A stretch of 64,000 nt of DNA from Spirochaetaceae bacterium (GCA_051531975.1 JAOPTT010000007.1:216985-280984); one strand, 5' to 3'. Shown: positions 29,320 through 39,918, counted from the stretch's first letter. The notes: a model not told the origin generated them from the letters alone. A program made the numbers and translations.

Positions 29320-29364
29320 GAAAAGGGGGACATATGGTTGCAATATATGAACTTCCCCCCTTTC
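29320..29364 (-). terminator. Intra-operon stem-loop plus U tract
   Basis: GAAAAGGGGGACATAT...ATATG....TCCCCCCTTTC; on the minus strand followed by ATTTTTT. Confidence 0.6.
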
Positions 29365-29393
29365 GAAATGTTGTTAATTTTTAGTTAAGCTTA

Positions 29394-30875
29394 TTATCCA
29401 AATGGGTTTTCATTTTTATATAACATCCCAGCTGGTTGGTTAAAACTAATATCATCTACACCTAAAAGTTTAGTTGCAGCAAAAAGTGATTTTCCTGTAT
29501 GACCAAAAGCGATACCTGCATGATGTGGGTATTGTTTACCAATAAGAACATGTCTATAAAATCTCCCCATCTCTTTAATTGCAAATACAGCAATTGAACC
29601 AAATGATTCAGGGTTAATATTTAGTATTTCTCCATCGGCAATATATGCTTGTAAGTGTGTATCACCTGTAGATTGGATTCTAAAGATAGAAACTTCACCT
29701 GGTTTAATTGTACCTTCTAAAGTTCCCCTTGTAATATTAGGTGTTACATCTGGCTCCATTAAAGAGTGCATAATTTTTTGGAACTTCATTGAGCAGTCAC
29801 CCATACAAGAAGTAGAAGTATTACCACAGTGGAATCCCATAAATAGGTCTTTATTTGTATAACCGTTGGCAATTTTTTCATTTGCTTTAAACATATCTGA
29901 TGGAACAGTATTATTAATATCTAAAAGTGTTGCTACACTTCCAGTTGCACATGTAATCATGTACTCAGTTAATGCACCATAAATATCAACTTCACATGCT
30001 ACAGGAATTCCTCTCTCTGCTAATCTTGAGTTTACATAACATGGAACGAATCCAAAGTACTTCTCAAATGATGGCCAACATTTATTAGCAAAAACACCAT
30101 ATTTTGATGCACCTAAATTATTGTTATAAAAATCAACTAATGCACACTCATACTGAGCTAGCTTTTCTAACAGATCAGGGTAAGTATTACCAGCACCTAA
30201 CTCTTTTTCCATTTCAGCTTTAACTCTTGGAATATCTGGGTGGTTAGCTGCTTCATTATAGATATCAAAAAGATCTAGTTCTGAACTCTCCATAACTTCA
30301 ACACCTAAGTCATAAAGTGGTTTAATTGGAGCATTACAAGCCACAAAGTCGTGGGGTCTTGGTCCAAAAGCGAATATTTTAACGTTTTTAACACCTAATA
30401 TAACTCTTGATACTGGTACAAAGTCAGCAATCATAGATGCAACTTCAGTTGCATTACCAACTGGATACTCTGGAATATAAACTTTCTTATGTCTTAAATC
30501 TGCACTTATAGATGCATTTAACATTCCACAATAAGCATCACCACGGGCATCTTTTAAACAAGAAGTTGCCTCTTCAGCTGCTGCACAAAACATAGTTGGT
30601 CCATCGAACTTCTGGGCTAACAGAGAAAGTGGTCCCTCTGGCCCAAAGTTACCTAAAAAGATAACTAAGGAGTTACAGCCTTTATCGGTTGCTTCTTTTA
30701 ATGCTTGCATAGCATCTACTTCATTTTCAACAATTGTCTCTAATTCAATTATATCTATATTCTGAACTCCACACTCTTTAGCTACTGCTACTCTTCTTGA
30801 TCTTGATAACTCTATTGGGAAACAATCCCTACTTACTGCTACTAAACCTAATTTTGCTACTGGTATATTTTGCAT
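29394..30875 (-). CDS. L-fucose/L-arabinose isomerase family protein, probable atypical xylose isomerase (XylA-II type)
   Basis: VAVSRDCFP, FLGNFGPE, RGDAYCGMLN, CEVDIYGA, GFHCGN, YPHH; in operon with xylB and tkt. Confidence 0.8.
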   Translation of the reverse strand: MQNIPVAKLGLVAVSRDCFPIELSRSRRVAVAKECGVQNIDIIELETIVENEVDAMQALKEATDKGCNSLVIFLGNFGPEGPLSLLAQKFDGPTMFCAAAEEATSCLKDARGDAYCGMLNASISADLRHKKVYIPEYPVGNATEVASMIADFVPVSRVILGVKNVKIFAFGPRPHDFVACNAPIKPLYDLGVEVMESSELDLFDIYNEAANHPDIPRVKAEMEKELGAGNTYPDLLEKLAQYECALVDFYNNNLGASKYGVFANKCWPSFEKYFGFVPCYVNSRLAERGIPVACEVDIYGALTEYMITCATGSVATLLDINNTVPSDMFKANEKIANGYTNKDLFMGFHCGNTSTSCMGDCSMKFQKIMHSLMEPDVTPNITRGTLEGTIKPGEVSIFRIQSTGDTHLQAYIADGEILNINPESFGSIAVFAIKEMGRFYRHVLIGKQYPHHAGIAFGHTGKSLFAATKLLGVDDISFNQPAGMLYKNENPFG

Positions 30876-30876
30876 A

Positions 30877-32943
30877 TTACTCTCCTAAAAATTTTAGCAC
30901 TTCTGCTGCTGCTTTGTTACATTCAAATCCAAAGTGTTTTGCAACATCTTTGAAATTACCTGATAATCCAAAAGTATCAATATCTCTAACAAATATATTA
31001 TCGCTGTAAAATAGTTTGTTAGCTCTATGGGAAGCTGTTTCCATAAAGTAGATAGGTGAATCTCCTAATACTTTAGTTGTATAACTTTTTTCCTGCTCCT
31101 GGAATTTTTCTAAACAGGGTATAGAAACTAAACGTACTTTTTTTCCCTTAGCTTCTAATATCTCTTTTGTTTCTAATAGTGTACTTACTTCCGATCCAGT
31201 TCCAGCTAATGTTACATCTGCCTTTCCCCCACAATCGAACATTACATATCCACCTTTTTTGAACTTAGCATATGCTTCAGCTCTGTCCCCAGGTAGGTTG
31301 AATAATTTTTCATTTAGAACCTGTCTTGTTCCTAAAATAACTGCAGGCCCCTCTGTTTCCATAAACTCTAAATATGAGAAAGACATCTCCATATCGTTTG
31401 CAGGTCTATATGTATAGAGACCAGGAATAAGTCTAGTGGCTCCTAAGTGCTCTATAGGCTCATGTGTAGGTCCATCTTCACCAACATAAATAGAGTCGTG
31501 GGTAAAAATAAATAGGTGATTTAACTTCATTAAAGATGCTAACCTAACAGCTGGTTTCATATAGTCGATAAATGTAAAAAATGTTGAAGTAAATGGGATA
31601 AAGTCTCTACTAAGAGCTAAACCGTTTCCAATGGCACCCATTGCAGCTTCTCTAACTCCAAAAGCTATGTTTCTACCAGAAAAATCTTTTCTAGTTACAT
31701 ATTTAGCACCCTTTATAGTCGCTTTAGTAGAAGCAACTAAGTCTGCACAACCACCAATTAGTTTTGGAGTATGTTTTGCAACAATGTTTAAAATGTCTGC
31801 ACTGGTATTTCTAGTTGCATCCTGCTTACTAGAGTAGTTTAATAACTCTTTTTTTAGTTCTGTAGTAGCACCAGTAAATTTATACTCTAAAAACTCTTTG
31901 TATTTTTTAGGGTACTTTCCTTTATAATCTTGGAACTTAATTGTCCATTCTTTATATTTTTTTATACCAGAATCTAATACATCACCAAGATCATCTTTAA
32001 AATTCGAAATATTAAACAGATCCCCGGTTAAAAGTTGCTTCTCTATTAATTCCTGAGCTTCAATAACTGTATCTGTCCCAGCAATAGATTGTAATTTGGT
32101 ATTTTGCAGTAGGTAGGCTATCTCTTTTACTCCAACTGGAGCTCCATGGGCTTTATGACTTCCTTTAAGAGTATCTAAACCTTCACCAATTTTTGTTTTA
32201 ACAATTAAAAGTTTAGGTTTACCACTAGTTGAAGTTTTTAGAACCTCTAATTTATTATTAATGTCTAACAAGTCTGTACCAACAGGAGCTTCTAATACTT
32301 TCCACCCTAAAGCTTCGTATCGACCCTGTACATTTTCAGTAAACAGATCCATAGAAGATTCATCTATTGTTACACTGTTATCGTCGTAAATTGCTATTAA
32401 ATTATCAAGGCCTAAAGATCCAGCAATTGATGCTGCTTCGTTAGTCATTCCTTCCATTGTACAACCGTCACCCATTAATACATAAGTAAAGTAGTCAAAA
32501 AGTTTTATATCATCTGTATTAAACCGTGCAGCCATCATTTTTGCTTCTGTTGCAATACCTACAGCGTTGGAGAAACCCTGACCTAATGGTCCTGTTGTAG
32601 TCTCTATTCCTAGTTCAACTTCATACTCAGGGTGTCCTGCAGTTTTAGAGCCTATTTGTCTAAAATTTGCTAAGTCACTTATTGAAAAACCGTAACCAAA
32701 AATATAATTAAGTGCATAAACTAACATAGAACCATGACCCGCAGATAAAATAAATCGATCTCTATTTAGCCAATCCGGTCTGCTTGATGTAGCATTCATT
32801 ATATTTCCATATAAAAGCACACCAATATCTGCACAACCTAAAGGAAGACCAGGATGACCTGAGTTTGCTCTTTGTATTCCCATTGTTGCTAAATAACGAA
32901 GATAATCTCCTAAGTTTTTAGCTCTGTTTATATCTAAATTCAC
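30877..32943 (-). CDS. tkt: Transketolase
   Basis: SGHPG, RDRFILSAGHGS, TTGPLGQG, GDG..(N) TPP motif, THDSIYVGEDGPTH. Confidence 0.95.
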   Translation of the reverse strand: MNLDINRAKNLGDYLRYLATMGIQRANSGHPGLPLGCADIGVLLYGNIMNATSSRPDWLNRDRFILSAGHGSMLVYALNYIFGYGFSISDLANFRQIGSKTAGHPEYEVELGIETTTGPLGQGFSNAVGIATEAKMMAARFNTDDIKLFDYFTYVLMGDGCTMEGMTNEAASIAGSLGLDNLIAIYDDNSVTIDESSMDLFTENVQGRYEALGWKVLEAPVGTDLLDINNKLEVLKTSTSGKPKLLIVKTKIGEGLDTLKGSHKAHGAPVGVKEIAYLLQNTKLQSIAGTDTVIEAQELIEKQLLTGDLFNISNFKDDLGDVLDSGIKKYKEWTIKFQDYKGKYPKKYKEFLEYKFTGATTELKKELLNYSSKQDATRNTSADILNIVAKHTPKLIGGCADLVASTKATIKGAKYVTRKDFSGRNIAFGVREAAMGAIGNGLALSRDFIPFTSTFFTFIDYMKPAVRLASLMKLNHLFIFTHDSIYVGEDGPTHEPIEHLGATRLIPGLYTYRPANDMEMSFSYLEFMETEGPAVILGTRQVLNEKLFNLPGDRAEAYAKFKKGGYVMFDCGGKADVTLAGTGSEVSTLLETKEILEAKGKKVRLVSIPCLEKFQEQEKSYTTKVLGDSPIYFMETASHRANKLFYSDNIFVRDIDTFGLSGNFKDVAKHFGFECNKAAAEVLKFLGE

Positions 32944-32954
32944 AATTTCCTCCC

Positions 32955-34445
32955 TTATTTAAATAAAACACTAAGTGTTTCTAAGTATTTTAAATATTCT
33001 GCATATACAGAGTTATATTTCTCTACATCTTTACCTGGTTGGTATCGTAATACTTCTGTACCACTACAGTGTTCATCCGTAAGTTTTTTAATATCTGTCT
33101 CACCACCATTTTTATGGTTTAAAGCCCAAAGTGATTGTATTGCTCCACCTAATGCTCCAGCTTCAGTATTATCTGTTATTACAATTGTGGTATTCATAAC
33201 ATCTGCGACAATTTGTCTCCAAATTAAACTTTTTGAACCACCACCAGTTAATACAATCTCTGCTGGTTTAAAACCAAGCTTAACAAAACTATCTAAGCCA
33301 TATCTCATACCAAAAATAGCAGCTTCCATAGAGGATCTAATCATGTTTGATGGAGTTACATTATCCATATCCATACCAACAATAGTTCCTTTACCGTTAG
33401 GTAGGTTAGGAGTTCTCTCTCCATTAAAAAATGGTAGAGTAATTAATCCCTGGCTCCCAGCCTCTGACTGGTTTGCAAGTTCATCTATCTCTTTTACTTC
33501 TATATTTAGAAGTTTTCTCATTATCTCGGTTGAAACTGTACAGTTCATAGTACAAAGTAGGGGAAGATACCCACCACTTGATGAACAAAATGCAGCTATA
33601 TTTCCATCTGTATCGATAACTGGCTTGTCTGAATAACCATAAAGTGTTCCAGAAGTTCCTAAACTCATTGTCATAACACCATCTGAAACTACACCTGTTC
33701 CAATTGCTGCAATCATGTTATCACCACCACCAGATGATACTAATATGCCGACCGGGATCCCAAAAAGTTTAGATGCCTCTTTAGTTACATAACCTGAAGG
33801 TTCGTGAGCTTCTATCAACTTTGGAAGTGCAGACATTAAGTCTCTATCAGCATCTAAAGCTTTAATTACTTCTTTGCTCCACTGCTTTTTTTCTATATCT
33901 AGAAGAGCAGTTCCAGAAGCATCTCCATACTCCATAACTCTGTTTCCTGTTAACTTAAAATTTAAGTAGTCATGGGGTAATAAAATAGTTTCCATTCTTT
34001 CATATAAATCTGGGTGGTTCTCTTTTAACCATAAAATCTTAGATGCTGTATAACCTGCATATACAGGGTTTCCAGCTGTCTCTATTATTTTATCGATTCC
34101 ACCAACGTTGTTATTAATTGTATCGCACTGGTCCTGAGTAGAAGTATCACACCAAAGCTTTACAGGGCATAAAACTTCCCCATCTTTATCTATTGGTACA
34201 AAGCCGTGTTGCTGACCAGAAACCCCTAGGGCTACTGCAGTTTTCCGGATTTTACTATCAATCTGTTTAAAAGCTTTTACTGCGGCATCTATCCACCAAC
34301 TAGCTTCCTGTTCTCTAGTTCCATCCTCTCGGCTAATAAGTTTATGTGGAGCGGATGCTGTTGCTACGATTTTTCTATTTTCATAATCATAAAATAGAAC
34401 CTTTGTACTCTGTGTTCCGTTATCTATTCCAATTAATGTCTTCAT
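32955..34445 (-). CDS. xylB: Xylulokinase
   Basis: FGGY kinase motifs GIDNGTQSTK, SGQQHG, GDASGT, GGGDN, GERTP; family alignment puts the start at ATG 34445. Confidence 0.92.
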   Translation of the reverse strand: MKTLIGIDNGTQSTKVLFYDYENRKIVATASAPHKLISREDGTREQEASWWIDAAVKAFKQIDSKIRKTAVALGVSGQQHGFVPIDKDGEVLCPVKLWCDTSTQDQCDTINNNVGGIDKIIETAGNPVYAGYTASKILWLKENHPDLYERMETILLPHDYLNFKLTGNRVMEYGDASGTALLDIEKKQWSKEVIKALDADRDLMSALPKLIEAHEPSGYVTKEASKLFGIPVGILVSSGGGDNMIAAIGTGVVSDGVMTMSLGTSGTLYGYSDKPVIDTDGNIAAFCSSSGGYLPLLCTMNCTVSTEIMRKLLNIEVKEIDELANQSEAGSQGLITLPFFNGERTPNLPNGKGTIVGMDMDNVTPSNMIRSSMEAAIFGMRYGLDSFVKLGFKPAEIVLTGGGSKSLIWRQIVADVMNTTIVITDNTEAGALGGAIQSLWALNHKNGGETDIKKLTDEHCSGTEVLRYQPGKDVEKYNSVYAEYLKYLETLSVLFK

Positions 34446-34481
34446 GGTTTTTATTATTAGGCTGAATTCAGGCTTAAAGAA

Positions 34482-34511
34482 TGGACAAAAATGACAAAAC
34501 ATACATATAAT
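34482..34511 (+). promoter_or_regulatory. Promoter of AraC gene (putatively leaderless)
   Basis: TGGACA-18-TATAAT-7nt-ATG, no SD. Confidence 0.55.
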
Positions 34512-34518
34512 TGACATT

Positions 34519-35325
34519 ATGATTATAAAAGATGCTTTTTTTGTATATCAACTCAGTTCATCTTCAGAAGTTGAGTGGCATAACAGGCTGCATTCCCACA
34601 CTGATAATGAGTATGAGTTACACTATTTTTTACAGGGGGAAGGCCTATTCAAAACAGGAAACTCAGTATTTAATATCTTGGGAGGCGCACTATTTTTAAC
34701 CGCACCAAATGAATCCCACTCTATAAAAAGTACAAATATTTCTAAACCTCTAACTTATTATGCAATTTTAATAAGTGTCGATGAAAATGATGTAGAAATA
34801 AAGGAACTCCTAGATTCAGAACTTAAAAATAGTAACTACTATAAAATTGGAACAAACTATCGATTCTTTTTTGAAGAGTTAAGGGATAATGGGTTATCAG
34901 AAAAACCAAATTTAAATAAGGCTGCAAATTATCAGTTGTTATCGTTTTTATATAAATTAAATGAAAGTCCAGATGATATTAATATTGGAGAGAAGGAAAA
35001 TATACATATTGAGAAAGCATTGATGATAATGCAAAGTAGTGTATTTGATGAGATTACTTTAGGGGAAATATCTGATAAGTTAAATCTAAACGATTCATAT
35101 TTTATACGTCTGTTTAAAAGAAAAATGAAGACGACACCAATGAAGTATTATACAAAATTAAAAATAGAGGCTGCTACTTCCATGTTAATATCATCTACCC
35201 AGTTAATATATGAAATTGCCGCTAAATTACACTTCTATTCCGAGTTCCACTTTAGTAGAGTCTTTAAAACCCATACAGGGTTTTCTCCTAGAGAGTACCG
35301 AAAAGAGTATAGACAACTTACTTAG
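34519..35325 (+). CDS. AraC family regulator, divergent from xylB
   Basis: Cupin HSH...ELHY N-terminus; YFIRLFK, HFSRVFK..TG.SP HTH. Confidence 0.9.
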   Translation: MIIKDAFFVYQLSSSSEVEWHNRLHSHTDNEYELHYFLQGEGLFKTGNSVFNILGGALFLTAPNESHSIKSTNISKPLTYYAILISVDENDVEIKELLDSELKNSNYYKIGTNYRFFFEELRDNGLSEKPNLNKAANYQLLSFLYKLNESPDDINIGEKENIHIEKALMIMQSSVFDEITLGEISDKLNLNDSYFIRLFKRKMKTTPMKYYTKLKIEAATSMLISSTQLIYEIAAKLHFYSEFHFSRVFKTHTGFSPREYRKEYRQLT

Positions 35326-35352
35326 TTTCTTTATATTAACTGGGTGATGGAA

Positions 35353-36714
35353 CTATAAGTTCTCTCCATTAGTATCAATTACATCTTTGTACCAATATCC
35401 AGAATCTTTTATTGTACGCTTCTGTGTTTCAAAATCTACATGAACCATTCCAAAACGTTCTCTATAACCAGCTGCCCACTCAAAGTTATCCATTATTGAC
35501 CAGTGGAAATAACCAGCTAAATCAATACCTTCTGCAGCAGCTCTTTTATACTCTCTTAGATATCTGTGGGTAAAATCAATTCTTTGAGGATCATGGACTT
35601 TTCCATCTAAGCTAACCCAGTCCTTATTGGAAAGACCGTTTTCTGTAATAATAATAGGAGACTTATATCTGGCATATAAAAATTTAGATCCCCAATATAA
35701 CCCTTCAGGTCTTACTGTCCAGTTAAATCCTGTAACAGCTTCACCAATTTTAGGTACATATGTGTTTTTAGACGATTTTCCATCTGTAGAGTAATATGTT
35801 CCTGTGTAGTGGTTGTTTCCTAAAAAATCTATAGGTTCAGATATAATTTTAAGATCTTCTTTATAACCTTCTGGTAAATATTGCTCCGCTGTTTTTAAAC
35901 CATCAGCAGGGTATTTACCAAAAAAGACAGGATCTAACCACCAAGTATTTGACCAAGCAGAGAAGTGCTGACCTTGTTCATTGGAAAACATCTGTTCTTC
36001 AGCATGTTTAATACATTCCGGTGTTTCCTGTGTTGGAATATTTACACCGCAAACTGGAGCCATTCCTACCTGTGGTTTTAATACAGAGTGCTCTCTTATT
36101 GTTTTTACAGCTTTCCCATGGGCTAATAATACGTTATGTATCATTATAATTGTATCTCTTTTTTGTAATTTTATACCTGGAGCGTGTTCTCCACTAACAT
36201 GACCTAGGCCAATAAACACCTGGGGTTCATTAATTGTAAACCAGTGATCAACTCTATCAGATAGTCGGTCCACTACAGCTTTTGTATAGTTTTTAAACCA
36301 CTCTGATGATTCTGGATTTAACCAGCCACCTTTTTTATATAGTTCATATGGGTAGTCCCAGTGGAATAGTGTAGGGAAAGGCATTATATCATTTGCTAAA
36401 AGCTCATCAACTAAGTTGCTGTAAAAGTCTAAACCTTTTTGATTTATCTGCCCATCTCCATTTGGCATAACTCTAGGCCATGAGATTGAGAATCTATAGG
36501 ACTTTAAACCCATCTTTTTCATTATTTGAACATCTTCTTTATATCTATGATAGTGGTCACAAGCTATTTTCCCAGTATTTCCCTGGTACACAGCGCCCTC
36601 TTTTTCTGTGAGATGATCCCAGATAGACATTCCTTTTCCATCTTCATCCCATGCACCTTCAATCTGGTAAGAAGCTGCAGCAGCTCCCCAAATAAAATCT
36701 TTTTTAAAACTCAT
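35353..36714 (-). CDS. GH1 beta-glucosidase/beta-glycosidase
   Basis: FIWGAAAASYQIEG, TINEP, ITENG, DNFEW. Confidence 0.95.
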   Translation of the reverse strand: MSFKKDFIWGAAAASYQIEGAWDEDGKGMSIWDHLTEKEGAVYQGNTGKIACDHYHRYKEDVQIMKKMGLKSYRFSISWPRVMPNGDGQINQKGLDFYSNLVDELLANDIMPFPTLFHWDYPYELYKKGGWLNPESSEWFKNYTKAVVDRLSDRVDHWFTINEPQVFIGLGHVSGEHAPGIKLQKRDTIIMIHNVLLAHGKAVKTIREHSVLKPQVGMAPVCGVNIPTQETPECIKHAEEQMFSNEQGQHFSAWSNTWWLDPVFFGKYPADGLKTAEQYLPEGYKEDLKIISEPIDFLGNNHYTGTYYSTDGKSSKNTYVPKIGEAVTGFNWTVRPEGLYWGSKFLYARYKSPIIITENGLSNKDWVSLDGKVHDPQRIDFTHRYLREYKRAAAEGIDLAGYFHWSIMDNFEWAAGYRERFGMVHVDFETQKRTIKDSGYWYKDVIDTNGENL

Positions 36715-36799
36715 AGTTGCTCCCTCTTATATTATATGAATATAGTAATCCTCAATTTGCTTATGTACAATAGAAAGATATTAATAGTAATATCAATAT

Positions 36800-37633
36800 A
36801 TGAAGAATTTGTTCTTTTTGAATGTAACACCAGATGAACAGAAGCTACCTTATTATATTTATGGTGCATCTAGTAATTATACCCAGAGTAAAGTTTTCCG
36901 TCCTAATGGATGTACATGGTATCAGTTAAACATCTGTAGAAAAGGCCGTGGTATCCTGAAAATGAATGGAAAAGAGAGGTATATCGAAGAAGGGGATAGT
37001 ATTATCATATATCCAAATATTCCCCATGAATATTATCCAATAACCGATAAAATGGTTGTTTCTTGGGTCGCATTTGATGGATTCCAAGTAAACAGTATGT
37101 TTAAATTTATTGGTATAGAGACTTCAGGTATATATAAACTTTTAAATACTGTAACTATACATAGATCAATAACCAAAATGTTAGATTTGCAAAACAAAAG
37201 TTTCACAGAGCAGAGTTTTTTAGGTTCAGGTTATATCTATGACTTTTTATTAACATTAAAAAAGAATTTTAGATTAGATGAGTCTCAAAAAAATGATTTT
37301 TCAATTAACAAAATAAAACCTGCCATAGATTTTATGAATATACATTTATCAGATCCTATAGGAATAGATGATATATCAAAATCAATGAATATCTCAGCAC
37401 AGCACTTCTGTTTGATCTTTAAGTCTATTATGAATCAGAGACCATTTGAATATTTAAACTCATTAAGAATAAACCACTCAAAAAATCTACTATTACATAG
37501 GCCTGAGTGCTCAATAAAAGAGATAGCAATATTGTCTGGGTTTTCTAATCAGAGCTATTATTGTTCTAAGTTTAAACAAAGGGAGAGGGTTAGTCCTGTA
37601 AATTTTAGACAGTTATATAAGCAGGATAATTAA
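36800..37633 (+). CDS. AraC family regulator, divergent from GH1
   Basis: AraC-binding N-terminus (RP.G...YQ, PH.Y); HTH GFSNQSYYCSKFK. Confidence 0.9.
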   Translation: MKNLFFLNVTPDEQKLPYYIYGASSNYTQSKVFRPNGCTWYQLNICRKGRGILKMNGKERYIEEGDSIIIYPNIPHEYYPITDKMVVSWVAFDGFQVNSMFKFIGIETSGIYKLLNTVTIHRSITKMLDLQNKSFTEQSFLGSGYIYDFLLTLKKNFRLDESQKNDFSINKIKPAIDFMNIHLSDPIGIDDISKSMNISAQHFCLIFKSIMNQRPFEYLNSLRINHSKNLLLHRPECSIKEIAILSGFSNQSYYCSKFKQRERVSPVNFRQLYKQDN

Positions 37634-38577
37634 TGTCTACTATATAAGCTACTAATAGGTTTTCCACTATTTGTATGGGTTATAACCTTGGCAAAAAGTT
37701 CTGCAACTGAGACTATCTCTATCTTAGAACATTTTTTCTCATCTGAAACAAAGACTGTATCTGTTATGATTAATTTTTTAATACTAGATTTAGTTAGTCT
37801 CTCTATTGCTTTACCTGATAAAACACCATGGACACAGAAGGCCACTATTTCTTTAGCACCAAACTTCTCAAGGACTTCAGCAGCTTCAACTAATGAGCCT
37901 GCAGAAGCTACTTCATCATCAAATATTAGAGCTTTTTTACCATCAACCTCTCCAATAATATTTTCCATTACTGGGGATTCTGAATCATCGGCTCTTCTTT
38001 TATCTAAAATTGCTAGTGGTAGTCCTAATCTTTTTGCATGACTTCCTGCATGTTTTGCACTTCCAGCATCCGGTGCAACAACAACAGCATTTTCTAGCCC
38101 CTCTAATTTACAACTTTCTGACAAAATGTTCCCAGCCATTAAATGGTCACAAGGGATATCAAAAAAACCTTGAATTTGTGGAGAGTGTAGATTCATTGTC
38201 ATTACTCTATCAGCTCCTGATGTCTTAATAAGGTCTGCCACTAATTTTGCTGTAACAGAAATTCTTGGTTGGTCTTTTTTGTCTGATCTAACATAGGGAA
38301 AGTAGGGAATAACAGCAGTTACTCTATTTGCACTGGCATGTTTTGCTGCATCTATCATGATAAGTAGTTCCATTAAACCTTCGTTTACAGGTATACATGA
38401 TGGCTGAACGATATATACATCTTTACCTCTAAGGCTCTCTTTATATGCAACTTTTATATTATCGTTACTAAATTTTATTATATCACACTTACCAAGTTCT
38501 ACACCTGCATGCCTACAAATTGATTCAGCTAATGGTCTGTTTGCATTGCCACTAAAGATCTTAAGTTCCCCAAACAT
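37630..38577 (-). CDS. prs: Ribose-phosphate pyrophosphokinase
   Basis: IFSGNAN, PYFPYVRSDKK, LHSPQIQGFF, VAPDAG, DKRR; ATG 38577 has SD AGGAG. Confidence 0.95.
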   Translation of the reverse strand: MFGELKIFSGNANRPLAESICRHAGVELGKCDIIKFSNDNIKVAYKESLRGKDVYIVQPSCIPVNEGLMELLIMIDAAKHASANRVTAVIPYFPYVRSDKKDQPRISVTAKLVADLIKTSGADRVMTMNLHSPQIQGFFDIPCDHLMAGNILSESCKLEGLENAVVVAPDAGSAKHAGSHAKRLGLPLAILDKRRADDSESPVMENIIGEVDGKKALIFDDEVASAGSLVEAAEVLEKFGAKEIVAFCVHGVLSGKAIERLTKSSIKKLIITDTVFVSDEKKCSKIEIVSVAELFAKVITHTNSGKPISSLYSRH

Positions 38578-38649
38578 ATACTCTCCTAAATGATACAATT
38601 AAATATCTAGGAGTTTTATACTTTATTCAAGGTGATATTAAATATTTCT

Positions 38650-39876
38650 CTACTTCTTAAGTATCAATTCCCACTCATCTGCAACATTATGTAAAGCTTC
38701 ATCAGCAGGAAGCGTTCCATCCCATGCTAACTGAACATATTTTGAAAGGATCTCGTATAATTTTGATGCACTAGGCATATTAGGTCTAGCTTTCCCGTAC
38801 TGCATCTGTTTTAGAAATGCCCTAATCAGTTTATTGTTTTTGGTTCCGGGAAGTTCATATGCGGATTTTCTAGTTGGTAATAAATTATTGTTAATAGCAA
38901 ATAGTTCCTGGTACTCTGCTCGATTTATAAACTCAATAAAATCATAAGATTGTTTTGCATAGTTTGTTTCAGCAGTTACAACATACTGATGTCCACCTAC
39001 AGGACTGCCCATCTCACCAAATTCTCCCTTGGGGAAAGTAGTTACTCCTAAATTATTTTTATCAGTAAACTCAGCCCCTTCAAGAATACCAGAAGTTGCC
39101 CAAGGACCATTAATAATCATTGCAACCTCTCCAGTTACAAACATATTCATTTGCTCACTATACTCCCCAGAAATATCACTGCTTTTAAAAAACAGACTGT
39201 TTTCTGATACTATATATTCCAAAGAACTTATAGACTTCTCACTATCTACTTCGATTCCATTTTCTGTAATTAAATCACCGCCAAAAGAGTATAAAAATGG
39301 TAGGTACCAATAATAGCTTGATCTAGCATAAAAACCTTCAATATTTAATTTAGTTTTTATACTGGTACATACTTCCTCGAATTCTTTAATAGTTTTAGGA
39401 GGTGTTGTGTAACCTGCTTCTTTAAGTAATCGTTTATTATAAAATAGGGCAAGAACATCAGTAACCTGAGGAATTCCCCATATTTCATCTTTATAATGAC
39501 TAGAACTAAATGCAGCAGGTATAAAATCCTTTTTATCTTCAGCAGTTATATATTTGGTTAATGGTAATAGAGATTCTTTTTGGACAAATTCTGGTAACCA
39601 CGCTATTTCAGCTCTTAGGATATCAGGACTATTACCTGATGAGACCGATAATAAAAATGTATCCCTAGCTTCTTCATATGCAATATATTCAGAGGTTATA
39701 TTTACATTAGGATGTTCAACTTCGAAAATATCAATAATTTCCCCTAGAGTTTTAGACTCTTCTTCATTCATCGTATGCCAAAATGTAAGCTCTATTGTTT
39801 GGTTTTGAGTCGGGGGTTCACTTTTCTTACAGTTTGTAAGAAGTATTATTAATAATAAAACATATATTTTTTTCAT
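38650..39876 (-). CDS. Orphan sugar-binding lipoprotein (maltose/arabinogalactan SBP family 1)
   Basis: Lipobox LTNC; TFWHTM, ALFYNK, AMIINGPW, SPVGG; no adjacent permease. Confidence 0.85.
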   Translation of the reverse strand: MKKIYVLLLIILLTNCKKSEPPTQNQTIELTFWHTMNEEESKTLGEIIDIFEVEHPNVNITSEYIAYEEARDTFLLSVSSGNSPDILRAEIAWLPEFVQKESLLPLTKYITAEDKKDFIPAAFSSSHYKDEIWGIPQVTDVLALFYNKRLLKEAGYTTPPKTIKEFEEVCTSIKTKLNIEGFYARSSYYWYLPFLYSFGGDLITENGIEVDSEKSISSLEYIVSENSLFFKSSDISGEYSEQMNMFVTGEVAMIINGPWATSGILEGAEFTDKNNLGVTTFPKGEFGEMGSPVGGHQYVVTAETNYAKQSYDFIEFINRAEYQELFAINNNLLPTRKSAYELPGTKNNKLIRAFLKQMQYGKARPNMPSASKLYEILSKYVQLAWDGTLPADEALHNVADEWELILKK

Positions 39877-39918
39877 TTTTCAATTCCATCCACAAAAATA
39901 GTATATAATAAGACTATT

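Noticed and set aside
34446..34517. Extended N-termini in the ORF track for xylB (34517), GH43 (13022), AraR2 (16396), prs (38598) and MarR (1916)
   Set aside because: Family homology, SD position or the paralog start point to downstream start codons
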